Assembly (NCBI RefSeq): GCF_964213995.1 | Contig: NW_027590338.1 | Span: forward strand, 372,001 to 436,000 | Direction: 5' to 3' | DNA: 64,000 nucleotides | Source: Mustelus asterias | Taxonomy: Eukaryota | In this document: positions 13,055 through 25,050 of the stretch, in pieces | Numbering within the stretch: position 1 is the first letter of the stretch | Layout: the number at the start of each line of letters is the position of its first letter | Translations under genes and position numbers: made by a program | The notes under the pieces: generated by a model | The model's input: only the letters and a program-made list of their open reading frames with translations | Told to the model about the DNA's origin: nothing | Database searches by the model: none

Positions 13055-13380
13055 TAAAAATTCATTTTTACTGGATATAAGCGTCACTGGCTGGGCCAGC
13101 ATTTCTTGCACATCTCTAACTGCCTCCATTTCAGAAGGCATTTGAGAGTCAACCACATTGCTGTGGGTCTGGAGTCACATGTAGGCCAGACCAAGTAAGG
13201 ACGACATTACTGAACCAGATTGGTTTTGACGACGATCAACAATGGTTAAGGTTTGTCATTAGACTTTTAATTCGAGATTTTAATTGAATTCAAATTTCAC
13301 CATTGCCTGTGGTGGGATTCGAACCTGGGTCCCCAGAGCCTTACCCTGAGTCCAATGATAATTCCACTGTGCCACTGCCT
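13055..13380 (-). mobile_element. tRNA-headed SINE of a second family (Deu-domain-like)
   Basis: Reverse complement of the element at 28123-28507; a further copy lies at about 15785-16130. Confidence 0.7.
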
Positions 13381-13446
13381 CAACTATTGATCCAATTGTT
13401 ACTGTTTATCTCAGGGCGCAGAAACAACAGAATCCAACTTTGCCGG

Positions 13447-15240
13447 TCACACATGAAGTCGTCTATGTTTCAGCAGGCTGTAATACTGAGTAAATCCCTT
13501 CCCACACATGGAGCAGTTGAACGGTTTTGCCCCAGTGTGAACTCGCTGGTGTCTCTGCAGGCGGGATGGATCAGTGAATCCCTTCCCACACACAGAGCAG
13601 GTGAACGGCCTCTCCCCGGTGTGAACTCGCTGGTGTCTCTGCAGGTGGGATGGATCAGTGAATCCCTTCCCACACTGAGAGCAGGTGAACGGTTCTGTCG
13701 CAGTGTGAACTCGCTCGTGTCTCTGCAGGCTGGATACCTGAGTGTATCCCTTCCCACACACAGAGCAGGTGAACGGTCTCTCCCCAGTGTGAACTCGCTG
13801 GTGTGTCTGCAGGCGGGATGGATCAGTGAATCCCTTCCCACACACAGAGCAGGTGAACGGCCTGTCCCCTGTGTGAATGTATTGGTGTCTCAGCAGGCCA
13901 GACGACCGAGTGAATCTCTTGCCACAAATGGAGCAGGAGAACGGCTTCTCCCCTGTGTGAGTGCGGCCGTGTGTCCGGAGGCTGGATGACTCGGTGAAAG
14001 CCTTCCCACACTCGGAGCAGATGAACGCCCTCTCCCCGGTGTGAACAGGCCGATGTTTCAGCAGGTGTTGTAAAGAAGCAAATGCTTTCCCGCACACAGG
14101 GCAAACGTAAGGCCTCTCCCCTGTGTGAACACGCTCGTGTATCACAAGATGGGATGAACAATGAAACATCTTCCCACACACGGAGCAGAGGAATGGCCTC
14201 TCCCCAGTGTGAACTCGCCGGTGCCTCAGAAGATAGTGAGACTGAGTGAATTCCTTCCCACACACAGAGCAGGTGAACGGCCTCTCCCCTGTGTGAACAC
14301 GCTCGTGCATCACAAGCTGGGATGAACAAGGAAACATCTTCCCACACACGGAGCAGAGGAATGGCCTCTCCCCACTGTGAACTCGCCGGTGCCTCAGAAG
14401 ATAGTAAGACCGAGTGAATTCCTTCCCACACACCGAGCAGGTGAACAGCTTCTCCCCAGTGTGAACTTGCTGGTGTGTCAGCTGGTCAGTTGATTGAACT
14501 TCTTCCTTTCTACACATTGAGGAGGTGAATGGTTTCCCTCCAGTGTGAATACTCTTGTGTGTCAAAAGGTGTGAAAATCGAGTGAATCTCTTCCCACACA
14601 GGGAGCAGAGGAAAGGCCTCTCCCCAGTGTGAACTCGCTTGTGTGTCAGAAGATGAGATGAATGAGCGAATCTCTTCCCACAAACAGAACAGGGGTACGG
14701 CCTCTCCCCAGTGTGAGTGCCCTGGTGTCTCAGCAGACTAATCCTTCTTTTGAAGGTCTTCTCACATTTAAAGCATTTAAAATGTCTCTTCTGAGAATGA
14801 ACCAGTTGGTGAACGGTGCAGTGGGAGGACTGAGTGAATCTCTTCCCACACTGGGAGCAGCTGAATGGCCTGTCCTTGGTGTGAACTTGTTGGTGCTCAG
14901 TGAGATGCACTGAGTCGCTGAACGACTCCCCACAGTGGGAGCAGCTGAACGGTCTCTCGTGTGTGTGAAGGAGCTGGTGCTCTGCAAGGCGGGAGGACTG
15001 GCTGAACCTCTTCCCGCAGTGGGAGCAGCTGAACGGTCTCTCGTCAATGTGAAGGAGCTGGTGTTGAGCCTGTTCCTCAGGCGTCTCAACGCTGTCCCCA
15101 GAGTCAGAGCTTTGAAGAGGCTTCTGAATAATGTGATCGAGTTGGTGAGCCAGCAGGTTGGACGAACACATGAATTTCTTCCCACACACGGAGCAGGTGA
15201 ATGAACTCTCACTATTGCGAGCTCGCTGTCGTGTCAGCAT
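13447..15240 (-). CDS. C2H2 zinc-finger protein, 19 canonical plus 2 degenerate fingers
   Basis: Open frame 13447-15279, first ATG at 15240, TGERPF linkers; family acceptor (TTTTGCAG) at 15423-15424. Exon 1 probably lies in the CpG island, with its donor at 24360. Confidence 0.9.
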   Translation of the reverse strand: MLTRQRARNSESSFTCSVCGKKFMCSSNLLAHQLDHIIQKPLQSSDSGDSVETPEEQAQHQLLHIDERPFSCSHCGKRFSQSSRLAEHQLLHTHERPFSCSHCGESFSDSVHLTEHQQVHTKDRPFSCSQCGKRFTQSSHCTVHQLVHSQKRHFKCFKCEKTFKRRISLLRHQGTHTGERPYPCSVCGKRFAHSSHLLTHKRVHTGERPFLCSLCGKRFTRFSHLLTHKSIHTGGKPFTSSMCRKEEVQSTDQLTHQQVHTGEKLFTCSVCGKEFTRSYYLLRHRRVHSGERPFLCSVCGKMFPCSSQLVMHERVHTGERPFTCSVCGKEFTQSHYLLRHRRVHTGERPFLCSVCGKMFHCSSHLVIHERVHTGERPYVCPVCGKAFASLQHLLKHRPVHTGERAFICSECGKAFTESSSLRTHGRTHTGEKPFSCSICGKRFTRSSGLLRHQYIHTGDRPFTCSVCGKGFTDPSRLQTHQRVHTGERPFTCSVCGKGYTQVSSLQRHERVHTATEPFTCSQCGKGFTDPSHLQRHQRVHTGERPFTCSVCGKGFTDPSRLQRHQRVHTGAKPFNCSMCGKGFTQYYSLLKHRRLHV

Positions 15241-15454
15241 GTTTTCCAGCTGATCAATCCCTTCCCACAGGAGGAGCAAGGAAACAGATTCTCACCAGTT
15301 TCCAACTGAGATGGTCAATTAAATCCCTTCAGATGCACAAATTTTCAGATCCCGATGAACCGATTGACTCTGTCAGACGTGAGATTCGATCATCCAGACT
15401 GCAGATCCTTCTCTTCAATTTCCTGCAAAATAAGTTTACAAAGAATTACATGGA

Positions 15455-17102
15455 TGGCAGAGTGGTTAGTACTCCTGCCTCACAGCACCAGGGACCTGGG
15501 TTCGATTGTGGCCTTGGTTACCTGTCTGTATGGAGTTTGCACATTCTCCTCGTGTCTGTGTGGGTTTCCTCCGGGTGCTCCAGTTTCCTCCCACTCTCCA
15601 AAGATGTTCAGGTTAGGTGGTTGCCCCTTTCTGTCCCAAGATGTGTAAGTTAGGGAGATTAGCGGGGTAAATATGTGGGGTTACGGGAATACGCCTGGGT
15701 GGGGTGGTCTGAAAGGCCTCCTTCTGCACTGTAGAGATTCTATGAATACATGAGATACACAAAACACAAACAGGCCATTCTATTTTTTAAAATTCATTTT
15801 AACGGGGTGTGGGCATCGCCAACTGGGACAGCATTTATTGCCCATCCCCAACTGCCCTCCATTTCACAGGGCATTTGAGAGTCAACCACATTGCTGTGGG
15901 TCACATGTAGGCCAGACCAGTTAAGGACGGCAGATTTCCATCCTTAAAGGACCTCAGTGAACCAGATGGGTTTTTACGACAATCAACAATGGTTTCATGG
16001 TCAATATCAGACTTCTAATTGAATTTAAATTTCACCATCTGCTGTGGTGGGATTCGAACCTAGGTCCCCAGAACATTATCCTGGGTCTCTGGGTTGCTAG
16101 TCCAGTGATAGTTCCACTGTGTCACTGCCTCCGCCACCCCCCCACCCCTGCCCTGATCTGTACTGGAATTTCTACTCCACACAAATCTCCTCTCATTCTG
16201 CGGCACGGTAGCACAGTGGTTAGCACTGCTGCTTCACAGCTCCAGGGACCCGGGTTCGATTCCCGGCTTGGGTCACTGTCTGTGTGGAGTTTGCACATTC
16301 TCCTCGTGTCTGCGTGGGTTTCCTCCGGGTGCTCCGGTTTCCTCCCACAGTCCAAAGATGTGTGGGTTAGGTTGATTGGCCATGCTAAAAATTGCCCCTT
16401 AGAGTCCTGAGATGCGTAGGTTAGAGGGATTAGTGGGTAAATATGTAGGGATATGGGGGTAGGGCCTGGGTGGGATTGTGGTCGGTGCAGACTCGATGGG
16501 CTGAATGGCCTCCTTCTGCACTGTAGGGTTTCTATGATTCTGCTCACCTCAACTAAGCTTTTCAGCTCAACTTTTTAATCCTTTTTCTCTCATGTTCTCA
16601 TCTGGTTTCCTTTTTAAAGCATCTAAAGTATTTGTCTCAACCACTTCCAGTCGCAGTGAGTTCCATATTCTAACAACTGTCTGAAGAAATAAATATCTCC
16701 TCCTGTTTGATGTATTCGTCTCTGTTGTCTGTTCATGGTTCCCAGTATTGGAAACACCAACAAGTGGAAACATTCCATTCCCATCTACCTACTTATCCCA
16801 TTCACAAAGCCTATATCAGAAGAGACAACATTTTTCTCTTGGTTTGAGCTTGTTGTGTGGAAATCTTAGAATCTTAGAAACCCTACAGCACAGAAAGAGA
16901 CCATTCGGCCCATCGAGTCTGCACCGACCATAATCCCACCCAGGCTCTACCCCCATATCCCTACATATTTACCCACTAATCCCTCTAACCTATGCATCCC
17001 AGGACACTAAGGGCAATTTTAGCATGGCCAATCAACCTAACCCGCACATCTTTGGACTGTGGGAGGAAACCGGAGAACCCGGAGGAAACCCACGCAGACA
17101 CG
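15455..17102. mobile_element. Cluster of SINEs (V-type at ~15455-15745 +, ~16200-16540 +, ~16868-17102 -; Deu-like at ~15785-16130 -)
   Basis: tRNA-like head GGCACGGTAGCACAGTGG...GGTTCGATTCC, conserved core, and CR1-like tail GATGGGC(C/T)GAATGGCCT...CTATGA. Confidence 0.85.
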
Positions 17103-19170
17103 AACATAGAACATAGAACATAGAACATTACAGCGCAGAACAGGCCCTTCGGCCCACGATGTTGCACCGACCAGTTAAAAAAAAACTGTGACCCTCCAAC
17201 CTAAACCAATTTCTTTTCATCCATGAACCTATCTACGGATCTCTTAAACGCCCCCAAACTAGGCGCATTTACTACTGATGCTGGCAGGGCATTCCAATCC
17301 CTCACCACCCTCTGGGTAAAGAACCTACCCCTGACATCGGTTCTATAACTACCCCCCCTCAATTTAAAGCCATGCCCCCTCGTGCTGGATTTCTCCATCA
17401 GAGGAAAAAGGCTATCACTATCCACCCTATCTAAACCTCTAATCATCTTATATGTTTCAATAAGATCCCCTCTTAGCCGCCGCCTTTCCAGCGAAAACAA
17501 TCCCAAATCCCTCAGCCTCTCCTCATAGGATCTCCCCTCCATACCAGGCAACATCCTGGTAAACCTCCTCTGCACCCTCTCCAAAGCCTCCACATCCTTC
17601 CTGTAATGTGGGGACCAGAACTGCACACAGTACTCCAAGTGCGGCCGCACCAGAGTTGTGTACAGTTGCAACATAACGCTACGACTCCTAAATTCAATCC
17701 CCCTACCAATAAACGCCAAGACACCATATGCCTTCTTAACAACCTTATCTACTTGATTCCCAACTTTCAGGGATCTATGCACACATACACCTAGATCCCT
17801 CTGCTCCTCCACACTATTCAAAGTCCTCCCGTTAGCCCTATACTCAACACATCTGTTATTCCTACCAAAGTGAATTACCTCACACTTCTCCGCATTAAAC
17901 TCCATCCGCCACCTCTCGGCCCAACTTTGCAACCTGTCTAAGTCTTCCTGCAAACTACGACACCCTTCCTCACTGTCTACCACACCACCGACTTTGGTGT
18001 CATCAGCAAATTTGCTAATCCACCCAACTATACCCTCATCCAGATCATTAATAAATATTACAAACAGCAGTGGCCCCAAAACAGATCCCTGAGGTACACC
18101 ACTTGTAACCGCACTCCATGATGAATATTTACTATCAACCACCACCCTCTGTTTCCTATCCGCTAGCCAATTCCTGATCCAATTTCCTAGATCACCCCCA
18201 ATCCCATACATCTGCATTTTCTGCAGAAGCCTACCATGGTGAACCTTATCAAACGCCTTACTAAAATCCATATATACCACGTCCACTGCCTTGCCCCCAT
18301 CCACCTCCTTGGTCACTTTCTCAAAAAACTCAATAAGGTTAGTAAGGCACGACCTACCTGCCACAAAACCATGCTGACTATCACCTATCAATTCATTACT
18401 CTCCAAATAACTATAAATCCTATCCCTTATAATTTTTTCCAACATCTTGCCGACAACAGAAGTGAGACTCACCGGTCTATAATTCCCGGGGAAGTCTCTG
18501 TTCCCCTTCTTAAACAATGGGACAACATTCGCTAACCTCCAATCTTCTGGTACTATACCAGAGGCCAACGACGACCTGAAGATCAGAGCCAGAGGCTCTG
18601 CAATCACTTCTCTTGCCTCCCAGAGAATCCTTGGATAAATCCCATCCGGACCAGGGGATTTATCTATTTTCAGACCCTCCAGAATATCCTGCACATCCTC
18701 CTTATCAACTGTAATACTGTCTATTCTACTCCCTTGCAACCCAGTGTCCTCCTCAGCTATATTCATGTCCCCTTGCGTGAACACCGAAGAGAAATATTGG
18801 TTCAATGCTTCACCAATCTCCTCCGGTTCCACACATAACTTCCCTCTGCCATCTATAACTGGCCCTAAACTTGCCCTAACCAACCTTCTGTTCTTGACAT
18901 ACCTATAGAACGCCTTAGGATTCTCTTTAACCCTATCCGCCAAAGTCTTCTCATGTCCCCTTTTAGCCCTTCTAAGCTCGCTCTTCAACTCCCTCTTAGC
19001 CAATCTAAAGCTTTCTAGTGCACTACCCGAGTGCTCACGTCTCATCCGAACATAAGCCTCCTTTTTCTTTTTAACCAACAAAGAAACTTTTTTGGTGCAC
19101 CACGGTTCCCTAGCCCTACCAATTCCTCCTTGCCTGACAGGGACATACCTATCACAGACTCGCAGTAGCT
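17103..19170 (-). mobile_element. Young CR1-type LINE, 5'-truncated, inserted into a SINE
   Basis: Uninterrupted 626-aa ORF (17201-19081) with all RT motifs; tail (TTCTATG)n. The host SINE resumes at about 19562-19670. Confidence 0.95.
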
Positions 19171-19550
19171 TCTAATTGAATTTAAATTTCACCATCTGCT
19201 GTGGTGGGATTCGAACCTAGGTCCCCAGAACATTATCCTGGGTCTCTGGGTTGCTAGTCCAGTGATAGTTCCACTGTGCCACTGCCTCCGCCGCCACCCT
19301 CCCATCCCTGCCCTGATCTGTACTGGAATTTCTAATCCACACAAATCTCCTCTCATTCTGCGGCACGGTAGCACAGTGGTTAGCACTGCTGCTTCACAGC
19401 TCCAGGGACCCGGGTTCGATTCCCGGCTTGGGTCACTGTCTGTGTGGAGTTTGCACATTCTCCTCGTGTCTGCGTGGGTTTCCTCCGGGTGCTCCGGTTT
19501 CCTCCCACAGTCCAAAGATGTGTGGGTTAGGTTGATTGGCCATGCTAAAA
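19170..19550 (+). repeat. ~380-bp near-identical copy of 16012-16391
   Basis: Both start CTTCTAATTGAATTTAAATTTCACC and end CATGCTAAAAA, and both include the same unique inter-SINE linker. Confidence 0.9.
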
Positions 19551-20091
19551 ATGGCCAATCAACGAGGAGAATGTGCAAACTCCACACAGACAGTGACCCA
19601 AGCCGGGAATCGAATCCAGGTCCCTGGAGCTGTGAAGCAGCAGTGCTAACCACTGTGCTACCGTGCCGCCCTTCTAACTCCCTGTTTAAAAAGTGTCCAA
19701 AATGCATCACGATAGAAAATCGCAATATTGTCTCAGGTACAAGTAATTCAGAAAGCTATTATTTATTATGAGGGGAATTGAGTAAAAGCAAGGAAGTTAT
19801 TTTCAGTTGCACAGGGCATTGGTTAGACATATCTAGAGCAGTATGTACATTATTGGTTTCCTTATTTAAGAAAGAATATGAGTGCATATTATTCCTCAAC
19901 TGCTTTATGAGAAGCAGTTCATAGAAGGTTTAGTAGACTAATACTTGGAATAGGTGGATTGTCTGATGAGGAGCAGTGAGACAGTCTTTGCTTGAGTTTA
20001 GCTTCTGCTCGACTTCAAAAGAGTAAGAGGCAACTTAATTTAAACCTTCAAGATTCTGAAAACTCTTGACAGGGTGGATATGGAGAGAAAG

Positions 20092-20264
20092 GTAAAAGCA
20101 AATTACTGCGGATGCTGGAATCTGAAACCAAAAGAGAAAATGCTGGAGAATCTCAGCAGGTCTGGTAGCATCTGTGAGGAGAGAAAAGAGCTGCAGCTTC
20201 GAGTCCAGATGACCTTTCGTCAAAGCATAAAAAAGGCATAGAAAGTGGGAGATATTTACACTGT
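20092..20264 (-). mobile_element. Penelope-like relic (second family), split by the CR1 trimer; continues at ~23497-23752
   Basis: Minus strand TTTGACGAAAGGTCATCTGGACTCGAAG (decayed hammerhead-like) and tail GATGCTACCAGACCTGCTGAGA..TCCAGCATT. Related pieces at ~30786-30814, ~34480-34650 and ~53830-53925. Confidence 0.6.
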
Positions 20265-21684
20265 GAACAAAGAACAACAAACAAAGAACAATACAGCACA
20301 GGAACAGGCCCTTCGGCCCTCCAAGCCCGCGCCGCTCCCCGGTCCAGGATTGAATCCTGAATCCAGGATCCCCGCCCAATTTTCCAGCCTATCTACATAC
20401 CAATATCCTATCCACCGAGCTGTCCCTCACAGCTACGATGCTTTGTTCATTACAACCTATTAACTTACCCCCACCCCCCCATTCCAGACCATGTGATCTC
20501 CAGGGAGAGGCGAAAACCCAGAGTGAAAAACCCCAGGGCCAATATGGGGAAAAAAAAATCTGGGAAATTCCTCTCCGACCCCCTGAGGCGATCGAAACGA
20601 GTCCAGGAGATCACAATGGCCCCGATCGGAAAATGCTTCCCAACCCTAGTCATTTCCACTTCCACGAACACCATATGAATTCCCTGCCCCCGAGACAGGT
20701 TCCCAACTATCCGCAGTCTCACTCTGTACTGGCACCAGCAAGATGATCGTAGAATGAAGCCTTGAAACGAGAAACCAGGAACAATTAGCCCGCGCCGCTC
20801 CCTGGTCCAAACTAGACCACTCTTTTGTATCCCTCCATTCCCACTCCGTTCATATAGCTGTCTAGATAAGTCTTAAACGTTCCCAGTGTGTCCGCCTCCA
20901 CCACCTTGCCCGGCAACACATTCCAGGCCCCCACGACCCTCTGTGTGAAATATGTCCTTCTGATATCTGTGTTAAACCTCCCCCCCTTCACCTTGAACCT
21001 ATGACCCCTCGTGAACGTCACCACCGACCCGGGGAAAAGCTTCCCACCGTTCACCCTATCTATGCCTTTCATAATTTTATACACCTCTATTAAGTCTCCC
21101 CTCATCCTCCGTCTTTCCAAGGAGAACAACCCCAGTTTCCCCAATCTCTCCTCATAACCAAGCCCCTCCATACCAGGCAACATCCTGGTAAACCTCCTCT
21201 GTACTCTCTCCAAAGCCTCCACGTCCTTCTGGTAGTGCGGCGACCAGAACTGGACGCAGTATTCCAAATGCGGCCGAACCAACGTTCTATACATCTGCAA
21301 CATCAGACCCCAACTTTTATACTCTATGCCCCGTCCTATAAAGGCAAGCATGCCATATGCCTTCTTCACCACCTTCTCCACCTGTGACGTCACCTTCAAA
21401 GATCTGTGGACTTGCACACCCAGGTCCCTCTGCGTCTCTACACCCTTTATGGTTCTTCCATTTATCGTGTAGCTCCTCCCTACATTATTCCCACCAAAAT
21501 GCATCACTTCGCATTTATCAGGATTGAACTCCATCTGCCATTTCCTTGCCCAAATTTCCAGCCTATCTATATCCTTCTGTAGCCTCTGACAATGTTCCTC
21601 ACTATCTGCAAGTCCTGCCAGTTTTGTGTCGTCCGCAAACTTACTGATCACCCCAGTTACTCCTTCTTCCAGATAATTTATATA
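20265..21684 (-). mobile_element. CR1 copy A (extended 3' UTR with inserted cassette)
   Basis: RT C-terminal half ending ...GMEGYKRVV* at 20812; tail (TTCTTTG)n. Confidence 0.92.
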
Positions 21685-22404
21685 GAACAAAGAACAAAGA
21701 ACAATACAGCACAGGAACAGGCCCTTCGACCCTCCAAGCCCGCGCCGCTCCCCGGTCCAGGATTGAATCCTGAATCCAGGATCCCCGCCCAATTTTCCAG
21801 CCTATCTACATACCAATATCCTATCCACCGAGCTGTCCCTCACAGCTACGATGCTTTGTTCATTACAACCTATTAACTCACCCCCACCCCTCTATTCCAG
21901 ACCATGTGATCCCCAGGGAGAGGCGAAAACCCAGCGTGAAAAACCCCAGGGCCAATATGGGGAAAAAGAAAATCTGGGAAATTCCTCTCCGACCCCCTGA
22001 GGCGATCGAAACGAGTCCAGGAGATCACAATGGCCCTGATCGGAAAATGCTTCCCAACCCTAGTCATTTCCACTTCCATGAACACCATATGAATTCCCTG
22101 CCCCCGAGACAGGTTCCCAACTATCCGCAGTCTCGCTCTGTACTGGCACCAGCAAGATGATCATAGAATGAAGCCTTGAAACGAGAAACAAGGAACAATT
22201 AGCCCGCGCCGCTCCCTGGTCCAAACTAGACCACTCTTTTGTATCCCTCCATTCCCACTCCGGTCATATAGCTGTCTAGATAAGTCTTAAACGTTCCCAG
22301 TGTGTCCGCCTCCACCACCTTGCCCAGCAACACATTCCAGGCCCCCACGACCCTCTGTGTGAAATATGTCCTTCTGATATCTGTGTTAAACCTCCCCCCC
22401 TTCA
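21685..22404 (-). mobile_element. CR1 copy B (same subfamily as A, shorter)
   Basis: Near-identical to 20265-20990, including the 3' UTR cassette. Confidence 0.92.
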
Positions 22405-23498
22405 AAGAACAAAGAACAAAGAACAGTACAGCACAGGAAACAGGCCTTCGGCCCTCCAAGCCTGTGCCGCTCCTTGGTCCAACTAGACCAATCGTTTGTA
22501 TCCCTCCATTCCCAGGCTGCTCATGTGACTATCCAGGTAAGTCTTAAACGATGTCAGCGTGCCTGCCTCCACCACCCTACTTGGCAGCGCATTCCAGGCC
22601 CCCACCACCCTCTGTGTAAAAAACGTCCCTCTGATGTCTGAGTTATACTTCGCCCCTCTCAGCTTGAGCCCGTGACCCCTCGTGATCGTCACCTCCGACC
22701 TGGGAAAAAGCTTCCCACTGTTCACCCTATCTATACCCTTCATAATCTTGTATACCTCTATTAGATCTCCCCTCATTCTCCGTCTTTCCAAGGAGAACAA
22801 CCCCAGTCTACCCAATCTCTCCTCATAGCTAAGACCCTCCATACCAGGCAACATCCTGGTAAACCTTCTCTGCACTCTCTCCAATGCCTCCACGTCCTTC
22901 TGGTAGTGCGGCGACCAGAACTGGACGCAGTACTCCAAATGCGGCCTAACCAGCGTTCTATACAGCTGCATCATCAGACTCCAGCTTTTATACTCTATAC
23001 CCCGTCCTATAAAGGCAAGCATACCATATGCCTTCTTCACCACCTTCTCCACCTGTGTTGCCACCTTCAAGGATTTGTGGACTTGCACACCTAGGTCCCT
23101 CTGTGTTTCTATACTCCTGATGACTCTGCCATTTATTGCATAACTCCTCCCTACATTATTTCTTCCAAAATGCATCACTTCGCATTTATCCGGATTAAAT
23201 TCCATCTGCCACCTCTCCGCCCAATTTTCCAGCCTATCTATATCCTGCTGTATTGCCCGACAATGCTCTTCGCTATCCGCAATTCCAGCCATCTTTGTGT
23301 CATCCGCAAACTTGCTGATTACACCAGTTACACCTTCTTCCAAATCATTTATATAAATCACAAACAGCAGAGGTCCCAATACAGAGCCCTGCGGTACACC
23401 ACTAGTCACAGGCCTCCAGCCGGAAAAAGACCCTTCCACTACCACCCTCTGTCTTCTATGACCAAGCCAGTTCTCCACCCATCTAGCCACCTCCCCCT
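22405..23498 (-). mobile_element. CR1 copy C (related subfamily, short 3' UTR)
   Basis: RT C-terminal half ending ...GMEGYKRLV* at 22483; the 3' UTR lacks the cassette. Confidence 0.92.
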
Positions 23499-24249
23499 GT
23501 GAGGGGATGAAAGATGGGTCCAAGCCACAGGAACCAGGGGAAAGGATGCTAATGGCAGTCCATAGAGAGAATAGAAAGCGTGAATGGCCAAACAGCAGAG
23601 AAGCTGAAGAAGTTGTGATGGATGAAGATGTGGGGCGGGTGGGGGGGGGGGTGGATTGGAGGGAGGTAAAATTGAGAAAAGGGGGGAAAGGCGAAGCAAA
23701 GGGTGAGAAAAGATGCTGCCTGACCTGCTGAGACTTTCCAGCATTTTCTCCCTTGGATCTGGAGAGGATGTTTACTCTCAGGGGAGAATCTAGGGAGTCG
23801 CTGTTTTAAAAAAACAACATTGCCCATTGAAAACAGAGATGAGATGTTTTTCTCTCAGAGGGTCATGAATCTTTGAATTCACGTTCTTCAAAAGTGGAGG
23901 TAGAGTCTGATTTCAATGAGATAAATCTCTTGGGGTGACAGGGATCAGGGTATTGAATTTGATAATCAGCCATGACAATAATGAATGGCGGCGCATGCTC
24001 GAAGGGCCGAATGGCCGACTCCCAACTTCTATTTTCCATGTATGTTTCTATGTAAACATGAGGAGCCTGGGGCTGAAGTGTAACCAAAAGCTGTGTAACC
24101 GCTTTAGGAAACTGTACAGAGTTTGCAACTCTCACACTGAATATGTACATGGTCCATGGACTCATCAAGGCTGCAAACAGCAGCTGCAGCCTGAGGGTGG
24201 GTGAAGCTGTTTAAAAACCTATTGCTCATTGTGCTAATGGACTGGGAGC

Positions 24250-25050
24250 TCGGACTTGGAGGGGAAGCAGAAACATGAAGCCCCGCCCACTCACTGTTGC
24301 GTCACCAAGACACTGCGCATGCGCTCTCCTCCCTGCTGAATCAAGATGGCGGCCGTTAACCTGAGTCTCGTCTCGGGAAAAAGACCGGAAGCTGCAAACA
24401 CAGACCGACGGACTCATTTTCGAGATTTGAGGCCTTGACCAGGTATTTAGAAACCCTCTACGTCCATCCGCCGGTTCCATTACTCCCTCTATGTTTCCGC
24501 ATCCTTACCGGCTGCTGATGAGACAGAGGAACTTCTCTCCGATTGCGATCACCCACACTGCGTGCTGCAAACGCCGTTGCTTACTGCGCATGCTCCAGAC
24601 TGTAACATTACTGCGCATGCGAACCCCTTCCTGTGCGTTCCATGGGGACACCTCAGCCCCGCCCCTCATTCAGTCCGATTGGATGGAGGAATAGCCGCTC
24701 CTGCTCGGTCCTCCAGCCCGCCCCTCATTCACTCCGATTGGTTGGAGGACCAGCCGCTCCCGCTCGGTCCTCCAGCCCCGCCCCTATTCCTATTGGTCCG
24801 GAGCGGCCGTCAATCAGTCCCCGGGCATTGTGATGTGGAGCATGCGCAGTGTCATTGCTGGCCTTGGCGCTTGTTTGTCCCGGAGAAGCGGAGTCAGCGT
24901 TAGGCGGTGGCTGGGAGGATTTGGAAACACTTTGTGGATCCGCAAACCCTTCAGAATCATTGTCAGCTCCCTGGTTTGCAGCTGCGGGGCTTCTCCCTCC
25001 CCCCTCCCGGGAACAGGCCCAGGTTAACGGCCCCATCCTGGCTCAGCCAC
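24250..25050. promoter_or_regulatory. Bidirectional CpG-island promoter with divergent non-coding first exons
   Basis: NRF1 palindromes (TGCGCATGCG) and repeated GC-box/CCAAT modules. Divergent CAG|GTTAAC donors at 24360 (-) and 25023 (+), each followed by a YY1-like GCC(G/C)CCATC. Confidence 0.7.

Noticed and set aside
13303-15212. Long alternative-frame and antisense ORFs over ZNF arrays (also 36227-37372 and others)
   Set aside because: Shadow frames of the 84-bp finger repeat; they recur with the same pseudo-motifs in every array.
15997-16547. Recurrent ORFs such as HGSTVVSTAASQLQGPGFDSRLG and DCGRKPEHPEETHADT
   Set aside because: Translations of the SINE consensus on either strand, not genes.
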